Positions 9,308-19,560 are shown, counted from the stretch's first letter. The stretch: 42,824 bases of DNA from Candidatus Kerfeldbacteria bacterium RIFCSPLOWO2_02_FULL_42_19 (GCA_001818315.1 MHKF01000011.1:1-42824); one strand, 5' to 3'. Numbers and translations: made by a program. Notes: generated from the sequence alone by a model not told the origin.

Positions 9308-10963
9308 TCAAGACTTTTGTACGACATCGCCGCCAAAGGTATTGAGCGCGAGATCCCAAACATTCTGCACCTCCTCTTTTGGCACTTTTTCGATGTTATC
9401 CGATTTTTCCCACACAGGTTGTGTATCAAATTTTTCTGCTACTTCACAACGAATAAGTATCCTTTTTCCGATGACTTCGGCAATCACTTCTTCAATCACG
9501 TGTCGATGCTTTTCTTCGGAAATACGATCGTGATAAAACTGATACCGAAATCCAAGTGTTAAAATATCATTTTCAAATGCAGCAAGGCTTGCGACCTTGA
9601 GCATCAGCGCCAATGAATGATTCTGCTGTTGAGCTTTTTTTATGATTTTTGTCCAGTGTTTTGTGATACTTTGTAACTCATCAGTTGCTGCTTCTGATAT
9701 TGTGTTTGATGCTGTTTTTGATTTTTTTTCCGCCCATTTCTTTTCTTCTCCCTTCACCGCCCCTACTTTGGAGAGTGCCTCTTGCGCAACTATTTTTTCG
9801 GTGTTATGCATGTTCTGTATACTTGTATCGCTTTTACTTTGCATATGTGCTATTTCCTGATTCTGTTCCTGATGTTGACCGAGCGTTATCTGTATGACCG
9901 CAAGTTCCAAAGGCAACTGCACAAATTCAACCTTTTTCATATCCTGTATTTTTTCTATGAACACATCAAGTATCCAGAGAAGTTTTTGCGTTTCGAGTGA
10001 TTCTAATAAACGCAAACAGTGTGCCTCTTTATCTGGCGTGAGATCAAAAGTTATACTGTTGGCATTTTTACCCTGAATCTTGAGGAGGAGCATCTGTCTT
10101 ACAAACTCTATCATTGTTTTGGCGAACTCAATTAAATTTACTCCTTCGCCCGCGAGTTTTTGAATGTGATCGAGCGCGCGTCCTGTTTCACGTCGAACAA
10201 ATGTTTCAAAAAGTGTGATGAGGCTTTCGGTATCCGAACGCGGCAACACGAGACTTGCAATCTCCAGCGTAATATTTTTTTCTTCCAGAGCAAAAATTTG
10301 TTCGAGAAGACTCAACGCATCACGAATGCATCCATCTGCGCGCCGTGCAATTATTTTTAAAACCGCCGACTCAATCATTCTCTCTTCTTTTTGTGCTATA
10401 TCTTGGAGTATGTCCACAAGGTGTTCTGTGCTGATTTTGCGAAAATCAAACCGCTGACATCGCGATATGATTGTTTCCGGAACTTTGTGAATTTCCGTTG
10501 TGGCGAGAATAAAAAGCGTCTGTTTTGGCGGTTCTTCGAGTATTTTAAGAAGTGCGTTAAAAGCCGAAGCAGAAAGCATGTGCACTTCGTCTATGATAAA
10601 AACTTTGTACTTGAGTCGCGAAGGTGCGACGCGAGCATTTTGAATGATATTTTCACGAACATTATCCACGCCGGTATGCGACGCTGCATCGATTTCAATA
10701 ATATCTAAAGCCTTTCCCTGCTGTACTTCCTGACATGCAGCGCACGTGTTACACGGTTCTTTATCTTCACGAAAATTTTCGCATGTAACAGATTTCGCAA
10801 GGAGTCGCGCGGCACTTGTTTTTCCGACGCCGCGAGGTCCAGTAAACAAATATGCATGCGTCACGCTATTGGATGCGAGTTCATTCTGCAAAGTAATACG
10901 AATATGATTCTGCCCCAGAAGTTCTTTCCATGCTCGCGGACGGTATTTTTGATATAAACTCAT
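9308..10963 (-). CDS. dnaX: DNA polymerase III subunit gamma/tau
   Basis: LYQKYRP, HAYLFTGPRGVGKT, EIDAAS, IIDEVHML, SRCQRF. Confidence 0.97.
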   Translation of the reverse strand: MSLYQKYRPRAWKELLGQNHIRITLQNELASNSVTHAYLFTGPRGVGKTSAARLLAKSVTCENFREDKEPCNTCAACQEVQQGKALDIIEIDAASHTGVDNVRENIIQNARVAPSRLKYKVFIIDEVHMLSASAFNALLKILEEPPKQTLFILATTEIHKVPETIISRCQRFDFRKISTEHLVDILQDIAQKEERMIESAVLKIIARRADGCIRDALSLLEQIFALEEKNITLEIASLVLPRSDTESLITLFETFVRRETGRALDHIQKLAGEGVNLIEFAKTMIEFVRQMLLLKIQGKNANSITFDLTPDKEAHCLRLLESLETQKLLWILDVFIEKIQDMKKVEFVQLPLELAVIQITLGQHQEQNQEIAHMQSKSDTSIQNMHNTEKIVAQEALSKVGAVKGEEKKWAEKKSKTASNTISEAATDELQSITKHWTKIIKKAQQQNHSLALMLKVASLAAFENDILTLGFRYQFYHDRISEEKHRHVIEEVIAEVIGKRILIRCEVAEKFDTQPVWEKSDNIEKVPKEEVQNVWDLALNTFGGDVVQKS

Positions 10964-11029
10964 AGCAATAAAAAATAGGTGTGACGCTCAACCTATTGTA
11001 ACGAAACTTTGTGATCGGAGCAACTTGCT

Positions 11030-11244
11030 ATATATGAGTCGGGTGAATATTGCTTTTAAGGAAGCTCCCTGTACCCCACAAATGCGTGCTCAGCTTCGCT
11101 TGCGCACCTCATTTGCGGGGACCCCTCTCGGAAGCCCCGAGGCTTGGTCCCGCAGGGCTCGGGACTGAGAGCTGCAGGCGCGGGTCGTCGCAGGAGCGAT
11201 CCGACGCCGTTTCCGAAAAAGCATTATTCACCCGACTCATATAT
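11030..11244. mobile_element. Putative MITE with 36-bp imperfect terminal inverted repeats and TA/TATA flanks
   Basis: ATATATGAGTCGGGTGAATATTGCTTTTAAGGAAGC (11030-11065) matches the reverse complement of 11209-11244 at 32/36; GC-rich multi-hairpin interior. Confidence 0.7.
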
Positions 11245-11965
11245 TCAGATCAAAGGGTTTTCCTTGATGCTCTGGCGGAGTTTCTGCATCTTCTTCGCTT
11301 TCTGTGGGATGATCGGAAAGCTCTGCATCAGCACCGTCATCCAAAAGTAATTCTGATTCAGTACCTGCGCCGCGCTCTTCCATTAATGTCTTATATTGCT
11401 TCTGCTTTTTTACTGAGAGATTCTTTATAATATTTTCAACTGCCGCCCATTTGCTTTCTCCGTCCTGAGGCACGAGAATGACTGCTTCATCACCTGCTTC
11501 ACCTTTAAAATAGGTGACGCTTGCAAGAAGCACCCGAAAACTTTGACCTTCTGCGAGTACGCGATATTCATTTTTTTCTTCATCTTTCACGAGGACTCCC
11601 ACTAAGCGTTTGCGTTCCACCGGTCCTATTTGTTTGTACACAAAAGACCCGTCTTGGGAAATCGTGAGTTTTAAAATATCGCCTTCCACGAGTTTTGATT
11701 TACTCGCGTAATTTGCTGGGACAGTGTATTGTTTGCCGTCAGGTCCAATCATGTGCTGGCCATCGAAGACACCTTCAATGATCGTGCTCTGTTCGTCGGC
11801 GCCAATTTGCCCAATATTTCTTGCGCGTTCGGTGAGTTCGTCTTTAATAACATCTCGCACTCCGAATTCCTTTAAAACGGTTTTAACATGATTCAAACTT
11901 GCCTGCGCATCTTCGATCAGTTGTTGAAGTTCAAAGAGACGTTCTTTTTCTTCTTTTGTGAACAT
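11237..11965 (-). CDS. Conserved hypothetical protein (family recalled from CPR genomes)
   Basis: 242-aa ORF; N-terminal coiled coil, IEGVFDG...VPANYASKSKLVEGD core, acidic tail. Confidence 0.75.
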   Translation of the reverse strand: MFTKEEKERLFELQQLIEDAQASLNHVKTVLKEFGVRDVIKDELTERARNIGQIGADEQSTIIEGVFDGQHMIGPDGKQYTVPANYASKSKLVEGDILKLTISQDGSFVYKQIGPVERKRLVGVLVKDEEKNEYRVLAEGQSFRVLLASVTYFKGEAGDEAVILVPQDGESKWAAVENIIKNLSVKKQKQYKTLMEERGAGTESELLLDDGADAELSDHPTESEEDAETPPEHQGKPFDLNI

Positions 11966-12060
11966 ATTTGTCTTTGGAAATTTTTATTTTTCGTGACGAA
12001 AATTGGCTAAGGCTAATATAGCATGCGTGCCTCTTTTCTGCAAATATAGGTAAAAACTTT

Positions 12061-12088
12061 GAAGGAAGGCTTTAGAGGGCCTTCCTTC
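12061..12088 (-). terminator. Intrinsic terminator
   Basis: GAAGGAAGGC/GCCTTCCTTC stem downstream of the stop at 12104. Confidence 0.6.
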
Positions 12089-12103
12089 GGTCTGGAGTAC
12101 ATT

Positions 12104-12571
12104 TCATTCAAGATCTGGATAGATGTCCCGCTGTGCTGCGAGATCTGTCAGCCACCCCGGGATGAGCAGACACCCGACATAGATTTGTCCGTCCAGCACA
12201 CGATGTTGTTTGCGCCGTACGGAAAAAAGAACGCTCTTGAAGAATGCCCGCCACAAATACGTAAGAATGTAATCATGCTGACTCTCTTGCCATCGAATCT
12301 TTTGATCCTGGTCGTACAGCAATGATACCCATGCGCATGCGGCGAGATTGTGCACAAGATCAGATGGAATCTCTGTAATCCACGAAGGCTTCTGACTAGT
12401 GAATGCGTTCTGGATCGCGTTGAAGAGTGCCCACGCTTGCTTCTCTTGCACGTTCGACGGCGCTTGATGCGCTCTGATGATGTACTCACGAAAGTCCTTT
12501 TCTGCTTGCTCCGCTTGATTCACGGGAACCTCCTTGTACAGGTTGTCTCTGCTACTCGTGAAACAAAACAT
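12104..12571 (-). CDS. Hypothetical protein
   Basis: 155-aa ORF followed by a terminator; start uncertain. Confidence 0.5.
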   Translation of the reverse strand: MFCFTSSRDNLYKEVPVNQAEQAEKDFREYIIRAHQAPSNVQEKQAWALFNAIQNAFTSQKPSWITEIPSDLVHNLAACAWVSLLYDQDQKIRWQESQHDYILTYLWRAFFKSVLFSVRRKQHRVLDGQIYVGCLLIPGWLTDLAAQRDIYPDLE

Positions 12572-12597
12572 TCTCGAGAGTAGAAGAGAAGGTTAAA

Positions 12598-12984
12598 TCA
12601 TTTTGGCATCTTCTGTTTGTTTTTGTTGATGAAAAAATCGACTTGGATAGTCCCCCAAAGATTCTGTTGTGCATCCGGACGGATGCGAGCATTTATGTAG
12701 TCTACGAGTCTTTGACTTGCCACAAGAATAATTGGCCGGTATGGAGATTCTGTAGAGTCCACATCATTCACTACACCTGTGAGATCGACGTCGTTACCGA
12801 GCACCTCATCAGAGAGCGCTTCAAAATTCGGTTCTTCGATCTTCCCCCACATGAGTTTGAACACTGCCCACAAAACGTCTTGCACCTTCATCATCTCGTA
12901 TCCCTCTGGCAACTTGCCGCAAAACAAATGCCACGAATCCGGTGTCTCAGGGTTTTTCTTTGCCCCACCAATTTCAATTTTCAT
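12598..12984 (-). CDS. Hypothetical protein
   Basis: 128-aa ORF with SD GAAAGGAG upstream of the ATG. Confidence 0.65.
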   Translation of the reverse strand: MKIEIGGAKKNPETPDSWHLFCGKLPEGYEMMKVQDVLWAVFKLMWGKIEEPNFEALSDEVLGNDVDLTGVVNDVDSTESPYRPIILVASQRLVDYINARIRPDAQQNLWGTIQVDFFINKNKQKMPK

Positions 12985-13075
12985 AATGACTCCTTTCTAT
13001 TTTGTTTTTGTATGTTCTTTTTTACTCCCGAAACTCTTTTTTGTCAATGGTCAATACTCCACTGCACTGATAGCA

Positions 13076-15646
13076 TTACCGGACGCTATCTGGAGTGACG
13101 CCGACGCTACCGCCGACGAGTTGATCGAGTTTGCTGCGTTCCAAAATTTCTGCCTCCACAATCCGACGATCGCGTCCGTATTTGAGTCGCGAAAGTTCTT
13201 TAAGTTTGGCTGCAAGTTCTAAATCGCCAGTTGGTTCGGGTAACAATGTTTTCATGTTAAAAGATCGCGAGGCAGTGTTATCAATTAAAATTTTGATGTT
13301 CGCTGTGAATTGTTCTACGTTCATCACATCGTTTTCATTAAACACCGGAGCGAATTCCTTTGCGAGGATTTCCGCATCTTCAACACCGATTCGAAAAGCA
13401 ATAAGCGTACCGACGTTGCCAAACACTGCGTCGCGAATACTCGTATCATTCCCCTTTTGCACAAGCTGACTAATATATTGATGCGCAATTGTCAGATTTA
13501 ATCGATATTTCCGCGCCTCCGAAAGAATCACGCCAATGCTATCGGTAATATAGTTTTGAAATTCGTCGATATAGAGATAAAAATCTTTGCGTTCACTCGC
13601 TTTGATATTCGCGCGGCCGAGTGCTGCCATCTGGAGTTTTGAAACGAGAATGAGTCCTAAAAGCGAACTATTCACCTCGCCAGTTGTTCCTTTTGATAAA
13701 TTGATAAGAAAAATCTTTTGATGATCCATGATTTCCCGAAAGTTAAATCCGGAATTCTGCTGGCCGATAATATTCCGCATCATGTCATTAGAAAGAAAAC
13801 GCCCTATTTTACTAATCACGTAACTCAACATATCGGCTGCTTGTGTGCCGCGCTGAGATTGTTCGTATTCCTGCTCCCAAAAATTTTTTACCATGGGATT
13901 TCGAACCTTCCGCAACTTTTCTTGTCGGAATTTCTTATCGGTAAACATTCTGGGGATTTCCAAGACGGTTGCACCGCTTTCCTTATCCTCCATGAGTGCA
14001 AGCATCGCGTTGCGCATATAATGCTCAAACATAGGCCCGATCAACTCCTGCCCGAACAGTTTGTAGAAAATCGCTATCATTTCTTGCACCGCAAAATCCT
14101 TTTCTTCATCGGTTGCATATTCCAGCATATTGAGCCCGATCGGGCGTTCGATATCGCTCGGGTTAAACACAATTAAATCGTCTGCGCGCTCCCGCGGAAT
14201 ATACGGCAGCATATCTTCCACGAGCTCACCGTGCGGATCGATGACGCATACACCTTCTCCGTTTTCAATATCCTGAATCACCATATTTTGTAACAGTACG
14301 GATTTACCGGCGCCAGATTTACCGATGATATACACATGTCTGCGACGATCATCGCGTTTGATACGCACCGGCACACCGATTCCGCGATACACTGCTTTGC
14401 CAAGGAGAAGACCGTCTTTAGGAAGATTTGCTGGCGGCGGTGCCTTCTTTGCCATGAGCCAACGAATGTTGGGCGTATCAGTTGTTTCCAATGGAAAATG
14501 ATAGAGCGACGCCATTTCGCGGGCGTTCAGTAGAAATTTGTGACGCTCGTCAAAATGCCGGTAAATAAAATCGTTGATGACCCTCGCCTTCTCTTTTGTT
14601 GTGTGAGCTGCGAAGCTATTGCCGTATTGATAACCGGCGTATTGGGTGAAGACGTTGAGAATGTTGCGAAGACGCGCTTCGGCCTGTTCTCTTTGTAGCG
14701 CAGAAACAATGATGCGGATATTCACATCGAACCCTGCAAGCGAAGTTTTCGCTTCCAATCCTTTGACGATTTCTTCTTCAGCTGGCGAAAGATGATATTC
14801 TTTGTGTTTTTGCGGTTCGTCTTTATCCTGATCTTTCTTCCGTGATTGAAACAACGATGCGCCGAGAAACCAAAATACTTTTCCGAACGGACTTCCGGTG
14901 ACTTCCTTCATTGCTTCTTCCAGCTTTTTCCCTTGCTGCATCGTGCGTGCAAGTTTTGCTGGCAACGCGTGCCATTCGGGTCGCGCCGAACGAATAACAC
15001 ATTGAATCGCAGCGCCTTCATCTTGACCCATCTTACTCAAAACATTGGTGAGGGCGTTGAGCGGATCGGTCTGAAGTTTATCGTATGTTTGTATCGGAAA
15101 AATGTAGCGCTTTTTGAGCGTTAAATACGCTCCAAGAATAATGCCTTGTTTAGAAAATACATTGTAATCCGGCACTTCTTCGATTTGCGCTTCATCGTAT
15201 TGCGCGTGAATCTGCTGTTCCACATACTGCTGCATATAGCGCGGCACGACAACGTAGAACGAAATCAATCCTTCGCTGTCCGCTACGATTTCGAGCGCAA
15301 AGTGATCGTTTCTGCCAAACCAAAAATGCTTCCAGCCGCGCTGCGCACGCACGCCGCCGAGCGTGGCATAGAGCGTTTCGGCAGGCGCAATTCTGTCTTT
15401 AATTTCTTTCTGTTTGTCTTCTTCGTCTTTGGATTCTTTTGGCACGGTCACGAGTAACGGAATCATCTCAAATGCTTTGGAAGTTTTTGTGATTTTTTGG
15501 AAATACCAACGATACAATTGTATGAGTGCGCCGATGAGCGCAAGAGCAATCGCTATGTATCCGAGAACGAGGATGAAAATTTCGAACGTGGACATTGAAT
15601 TTTTGGTAAAAATTTTGTATGCTTTTTGAAGTTCAGTTGCGCTCAA
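13076..15646 (-). CDS. VirD4/TraD/HerA-like membrane-anchored ATPase (type IV coupling protein-like)
   Basis: RRHVYIIGKSGAGKS, VIDPHG, LYIDEFQN, EARKYRL.LTIAHQY, FGNVGT; start may be ATG 15595. Confidence 0.88.
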   Translation of the reverse strand: MSATELQKAYKIFTKNSMSTFEIFILVLGYIAIALALIGALIQLYRWYFQKITKTSKAFEMIPLLVTVPKESKDEEDKQKEIKDRIAPAETLYATLGGVRAQRGWKHFWFGRNDHFALEIVADSEGLISFYVVVPRYMQQYVEQQIHAQYDEAQIEEVPDYNVFSKQGIILGAYLTLKKRYIFPIQTYDKLQTDPLNALTNVLSKMGQDEGAAIQCVIRSARPEWHALPAKLARTMQQGKKLEEAMKEVTGSPFGKVFWFLGASLFQSRKKDQDKDEPQKHKEYHLSPAEEEIVKGLEAKTSLAGFDVNIRIIVSALQREQAEARLRNILNVFTQYAGYQYGNSFAAHTTKEKARVINDFIYRHFDERHKFLLNAREMASLYHFPLETTDTPNIRWLMAKKAPPPANLPKDGLLLGKAVYRGIGVPVRIKRDDRRRHVYIIGKSGAGKSVLLQNMVIQDIENGEGVCVIDPHGELVEDMLPYIPRERADDLIVFNPSDIERPIGLNMLEYATDEEKDFAVQEMIAIFYKLFGQELIGPMFEHYMRNAMLALMEDKESGATVLEIPRMFTDKKFRQEKLRKVRNPMVKNFWEQEYEQSQRGTQAADMLSYVISKIGRFLSNDMMRNIIGQQNSGFNFREIMDHQKIFLINLSKGTTGEVNSSLLGLILVSKLQMAALGRANIKASERKDFYLYIDEFQNYITDSIGVILSEARKYRLNLTIAHQYISQLVQKGNDTSIRDAVFGNVGTLIAFRIGVEDAEILAKEFAPVFNENDVMNVEQFTANIKILIDNTASRSFNMKTLLPEPTGDLELAAKLKELSRLKYGRDRRIVEAEILERSKLDQLVGGSVGVTPDSVR

Positions 15647-15666
15647 AAAATATCTGAAAATCTAGA

Positions 15667-16326
15667 TTAATATTTTTCGGCAAGTTCGTCGTGTTGCTCC
15701 TGTACGATTTTCATAATGCGATCGGTTTTGAGTTTTGATTCTTGTTCGAGAAAAAATCGGTTGACTCCCGGAATAATTATGAGCCATGCGCGAATGAGTT
15801 CTACGATCGCTTTCGCCGTTGCTTTTGCTGTGGAGATCAGGACTTCAATCTTGGTTACGGTTTCTTCTCCTTTCTGTCGAAACTGCGCTTGCATTTGTGG
15901 ATCAAGCGAACTATAGATCGCGTCAAGGTCTTCTGCGAGAATTGCTTCGACTTTGCGATAGAGTTTTGTTTTCGGTACTTGTTGTATCGCCGTCTGTGCT
16001 GGAGTTTGATCTGTTGATTGTTGCTGTAGCGTACGAACACGCTGTGACATTACCTGCTCTCTTTCCGTTCTCCCTTGTCTTTGTTCGTATGGTTCGTACG
16101 TTGTTTCCTCCGTAACCTCTACTTGCCGAGGATGTTCTGGTGCGGTCCCCTCTTGTAGCATCGTTTGTGCTTGTTCACGTTCGCTTTGTTGTCGTGCTGT
16201 TTCGGTATTTTGCATCGGTTGCAGGTGCGTTCGCTGAGCTTGCTCCGGCATGATGGGTTCTTGGCTTACTTGTGTAGGCGGATCGTGTGGCTCGCGCCTT
16301 CGTAAAAAGCTTAAAAAATTTGCCAT
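15667..16326 (-). CDS. Hypothetical protein with Q/E-rich N-terminus and helical C-terminus
   Basis: 219-aa ORF co-oriented directly upstream of the VirD4-like gene. Confidence 0.75.
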   Translation of the reverse strand: MANFLSFLRRREPHDPPTQVSQEPIMPEQAQRTHLQPMQNTETARQQSEREQAQTMLQEGTAPEHPRQVEVTEETTYEPYEQRQGRTEREQVMSQRVRTLQQQSTDQTPAQTAIQQVPKTKLYRKVEAILAEDLDAIYSSLDPQMQAQFRQKGEETVTKIEVLISTAKATAKAIVELIRAWLIIIPGVNRFFLEQESKLKTDRIMKIVQEQHDELAEKY

Positions 16327-16489
16327 AGTTTTGTGTCGATTCTATTGAAAAAATTGTAGCATTTCTGTTACAACTTGACAAGAATGCCATTTTATACTAT
16401 TCTAATGTGTTTATGGAAGCACTATTCTTATCTTTGACTCTCTTAAAACGTTGTAGTAGTCGCAGAGAACGCACGTTTACAATCTCGAT

Positions 16490-16625
16490 AAATTATGCAT
16501 CCGTTTTCTTGTCGCGCATTTTTGATACGAAAATTTTTACCTTAACAATACACGACACGACTGAACACGATTAAGTTTGGTATCTCATGCTTTTAACAAG
16601 CGACGCGGAGATGGATGCATAATTT
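16490..16625 (+). ncRNA. Candidate structured RNA or 5' leader (rod-like)
   Basis: 26-bp stem 16490-16515/16600-16625 with four G-U pairs on the + strand; inner GCAT..GATAC/GTATC..ATGC helix. Confidence 0.35.
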
Positions 16626-16697
16626 CTTATTTCAATTTGGGGTATGGATTCCGTGCCCCGCAACATTGCCTTCGACAAGAAGGCAAAGGAGAAAAAT

Positions 16698-17357
16698 ATG
16701 AAGAAAGATGACGCCTTGGCAGTTTCCATGCTCTCGTTTCTCGTAGCGGTCCTCCCTATTGTGTATGTTCTGTTTTTTCAAACGGGGTGTGCCGGCTACC
16801 GCTGGGCGCCGACGTCGATGGGTCGGATCCTGCCCTACGTGGAAAAAATAGATGTACTCGTCGTCAACCTTCGCTCGTACTCGACGTGTTTCACTCAAGT
16901 GAGTGATGACGGATACCCAGCCCTCGGTGGACGACCCATATGTATTCTTCCCGGGCGTGAAGGAAATTTTGAACTTATCCCCCATCTGACCCGTGTTAAA
17001 GTCTACGGGCTCAAGGGGGTCAACGATGTAGAACTCCTGTACGGACTATACTTTCGGGCGCACTCCTCGTTGGAGTGCATATCGGTCGATAAACTGTATT
17101 GGAATAAAGAGTCGAAACACTGCAACATCCTCGTTTTGCACGGCTATCCGGTGACAACGTATACCGGATCAATCGCGACGGAAACTGCGCGGATGCAGTG
17201 GCCGGATAAGTCTATTCATGGACTGATCCGGGAAGAAGTGTCCACACGTGCGCGAGAGTACGTGCGCGATATCTTCTTCAAACCTCAGGATCACGTTCCG
17301 GCTCCGCCCACGACGGAACCCGGCTATGATCCGGAAAAGCGGACACTTTCTCGGTGA
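16698..17357 (+). CDS. Hypothetical exported or membrane-anchored protein
   Basis: SD AAGGAG before ATG 16698; N-terminal hydrophobic segment followed by Cys. Confidence 0.6.
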   Translation: MKKDDALAVSMLSFLVAVLPIVYVLFFQTGCAGYRWAPTSMGRILPYVEKIDVLVVNLRSYSTCFTQVSDDGYPALGGRPICILPGREGNFELIPHLTRVKVYGLKGVNDVELLYGLYFRAHSSLECISVDKLYWNKESKHCNILVLHGYPVTTYTGSIATETARMQWPDKSIHGLIREEVSTRAREYVRDIFFKPQDHVPAPPTTEPGYDPEKRTLSR

Positions 17358-17466
17358 TGGCTAGCAGCACATTTGCAACACGATCACTCGGGACCACGAT
17401 CGTATTGCTCTCGCAGAATTTGAACAAAAATTGGTCCCATAAAAAAAGGAGGTATTCGAACGTTTC

Positions 17467-17506
17467 AGAACCTTGTGCAATCACATGCGCGGGGTTCTTT
17501 GTTTTT
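17467..17506 (+). terminator. Intrinsic terminator
   Basis: AGAACCTTGTGCA/TGCGCGGGGTTCT stem with G-U pairs followed by TTGTTTTT. Confidence 0.6.
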
Positions 17507-17632
17507 ATGAGGACCAACGCGTTTGTGAGCACACGAAAATTCTTCGCGTTTGCCTCGCACTCCATCAAACGCAAAACGCTTAATAAATGCGCCTACGCCA
17601 AGAGCGCAGGTAAAAATCAAGTTGAAAAAAAT

Positions 17633-18187
17633 CTACGCTTCTTTTCCGCTGCCCATGAGGAGCATCGCCAAAACTGGCGCTGTTACCCAACCAAAGCGCG
17701 CCCATGGGTCAGTAAAAATCATGCGCGTGAAAGGCGCAAAATTCTGAGCGATCTCCGCTGGCAAAAATGACAGCGCAATACTCAAAAGAAGTCCGACATG
17801 TAAAAAACTCAAAAGTAAAACTTGCCACAACCGACCCTGCGCTGCTTTGGAACCGAGCGTTCGCAAAATTGCCGAACGTGACAGAAAGAAAAACAATATC
17901 AAAAAAATACCTACAAAAGCCGTAATCTGAAACGCAAAAATTTCGTCTATTTTTATAGTGAACACCAAAGGCGGGAGCGCTTCAATCACGGCAAGAGCCA
18001 TGTAGATACTCACGAGAATAATAATAATCCGATCCCGACCCAGCGAGATTCCATAAAGAAATGCCGCGATAAGAAACAAGACAAGAATCAAAAGATCCCA
18101 ACTTGGTTTTTGCCAGTCCAACGTTGAAATGAATTGCTGAAATGACTGCTGCTCGATGACGGTTGTTTGTAGCAAAGTAAATGACAT
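17633..18187 (-). CDS. Integral membrane protein (about 5 TM, CvpA-like topology)
   Basis: Multiple hydrophobic helices; YGISLGR after TM1. Confidence 0.7.
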   Translation of the reverse strand: MSFTLLQTTVIEQQSFQQFISTLDWQKPSWDLLILVLFLIAAFLYGISLGRDRIIIILVSIYMALAVIEALPPLVFTIKIDEIFAFQITAFVGIFLILFFFLSRSAILRTLGSKAAQGRLWQVLLLSFLHVGLLLSIALSFLPAEIAQNFAPFTRMIFTDPWARFGWVTAPVLAMLLMGSGKEA

Positions 18188-18364
18188 TTTTCTTTTGATT
18201 TTTATTCAGGACTTATGTATATGCCTCGCAATACATCATTATGGTCAATTCTATCCCTGAAACGAATTTTATTCTACTTAACTTTTTTTATTATACCCTC
18301 AATCCTCTCCTAAAACAACTTTTTCGCAAACGAAAAGAACTGATGATTGCGATGAGTCCCCTGA

Positions 18365-19489
18365 TTATGCCCAGAAGCCTTTTTTGTGATTCACGTCATC
18401 GCCACGAAGCTGAGCAAGCTCTTCAAAGAGCTTGCGTTCCTCTTTGGAAAGTCTTTTGGGAATTTCTATATCTACCGTGACGATATGATCGCCCCTACCT
18501 CCCCCATGCGGATGCAACACACCTTTGCCCCGCAAACGAATTTTTGTGCCAGCAGCAGTTCCGGCGGGTATTTTGAGTTGCGTTTCTCCGTCGACTGTTT
18601 TGATAGTTTTGATAGTACCAAGGACTGCTTGCGGAATACTCATACTCACTTTTGAGAGAATGTCATAGCCGTCTCGTGTAAATTCATGGCTCTTACTGAC
18701 AGAAACGTGAAGATACAAATCACCTGCTGGCCCACCTTTTGCTCCCGCTTGTCCCGCTCCTGTAATGCGAATAACCTGACCGTCGTCGATACCGGAGGGA
18801 ATTTTTACTTTGAAATGCGTCATTTCTTTGACGATGGCGTATCCATGACATTTCTTACACGCCGTTTCAAAACGTTTGCCCTCGCCTTCGCACGTTGCGC
18901 ATGTTTGTTGCGTACGAATACTCCCAAGAATCGTTTGTTGCACTTGCGTTACTGTGCCTATACCTTTGCACGTACTACACTCCTTAACTAATGTTCCTGG
19001 TTCTGCTTTGGCGCCATGACAGCGATCGCAGGGAACTGTCTTATACAACTCGACCGTCTTTGTTGTGCCGAAAACCGCTTCGTTAAAATCAATCTGAACT
19101 GCGGATTCAATGTCTGCACCTTTGCGTGCGCGAGAACGTCTGCGTGATCCCGACCCTCCAAGAAAATCACTAAAAATCTCCCCGATATCGCCGAGATCAA
19201 ATTCTACGCCTCCTGTTCGGAAACCGCCGGATCGAAATACGTCTTCCCACGCGCCGCCTGGCCCTCCCGCTTGACCTTGTTCAAATGTCGTACCGAACTG
19301 ATCATATTGCCTGCGTTTTTCGGTATTGCTCAAAATCTGATACGCTTCGTTAATCTCTTTAAATTTCTTTTCATCGCCACCGACCTTATCCGGGTGATAT
19401 TGATGTGCAAGACGCCTGTACGCTTTTTTTAATTCCTCAGCTGTCACGTTTTTGGAAACGCCGAGTATATTGTAATAGTCTTTTGCCAT
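18365..19489 (-). CDS. dnaJ: Chaperone DnaJ
   Basis: J domain HPD, G/F region, four CXXCXG repeats. Confidence 0.97.
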   Translation of the reverse strand: MAKDYYNILGVSKNVTAEELKKAYRRLAHQYHPDKVGGDEKKFKEINEAYQILSNTEKRRQYDQFGTTFEQGQAGGPGGAWEDVFRSGGFRTGGVEFDLGDIGEIFSDFLGGSGSRRRSRARKGADIESAVQIDFNEAVFGTTKTVELYKTVPCDRCHGAKAEPGTLVKECSTCKGIGTVTQVQQTILGSIRTQQTCATCEGEGKRFETACKKCHGYAIVKEMTHFKVKIPSGIDDGQVIRITGAGQAGAKGGPAGDLYLHVSVSKSHEFTRDGYDILSKVSMSIPQAVLGTIKTIKTVDGETQLKIPAGTAAGTKIRLRGKGVLHPHGGGRGDHIVTVDIEIPKRLSKEERKLFEELAQLRGDDVNHKKGFWA

Positions 19490-19560
19490 GAAGATAGTTA
19501 GGAATGACGCGTTTCACCGAATTTCTTCGTCAAAACCTCCAGTGCTCAACACAATATGTA

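Noticed and set aside
11061-11216. SRP RNA (ffs) upstream of dnaX
   Set aside because: No helix-8 CAGG...GNRA...AGCAG motif seen on either strand; TIRs and TATA flanks favour a MITE.
11050-11430. 126-aa + strand ORF
   Set aside because: Runs through the GC-rich MITE and antisense to a real gene; no protein features.
17278-17770. Short ORFs in the 17.36-17.63 kb gap
   Set aside because: The region is explained by a terminator nested in a larger IR (17431-17445/17502-17517); the ORFs lack RBS or motifs.
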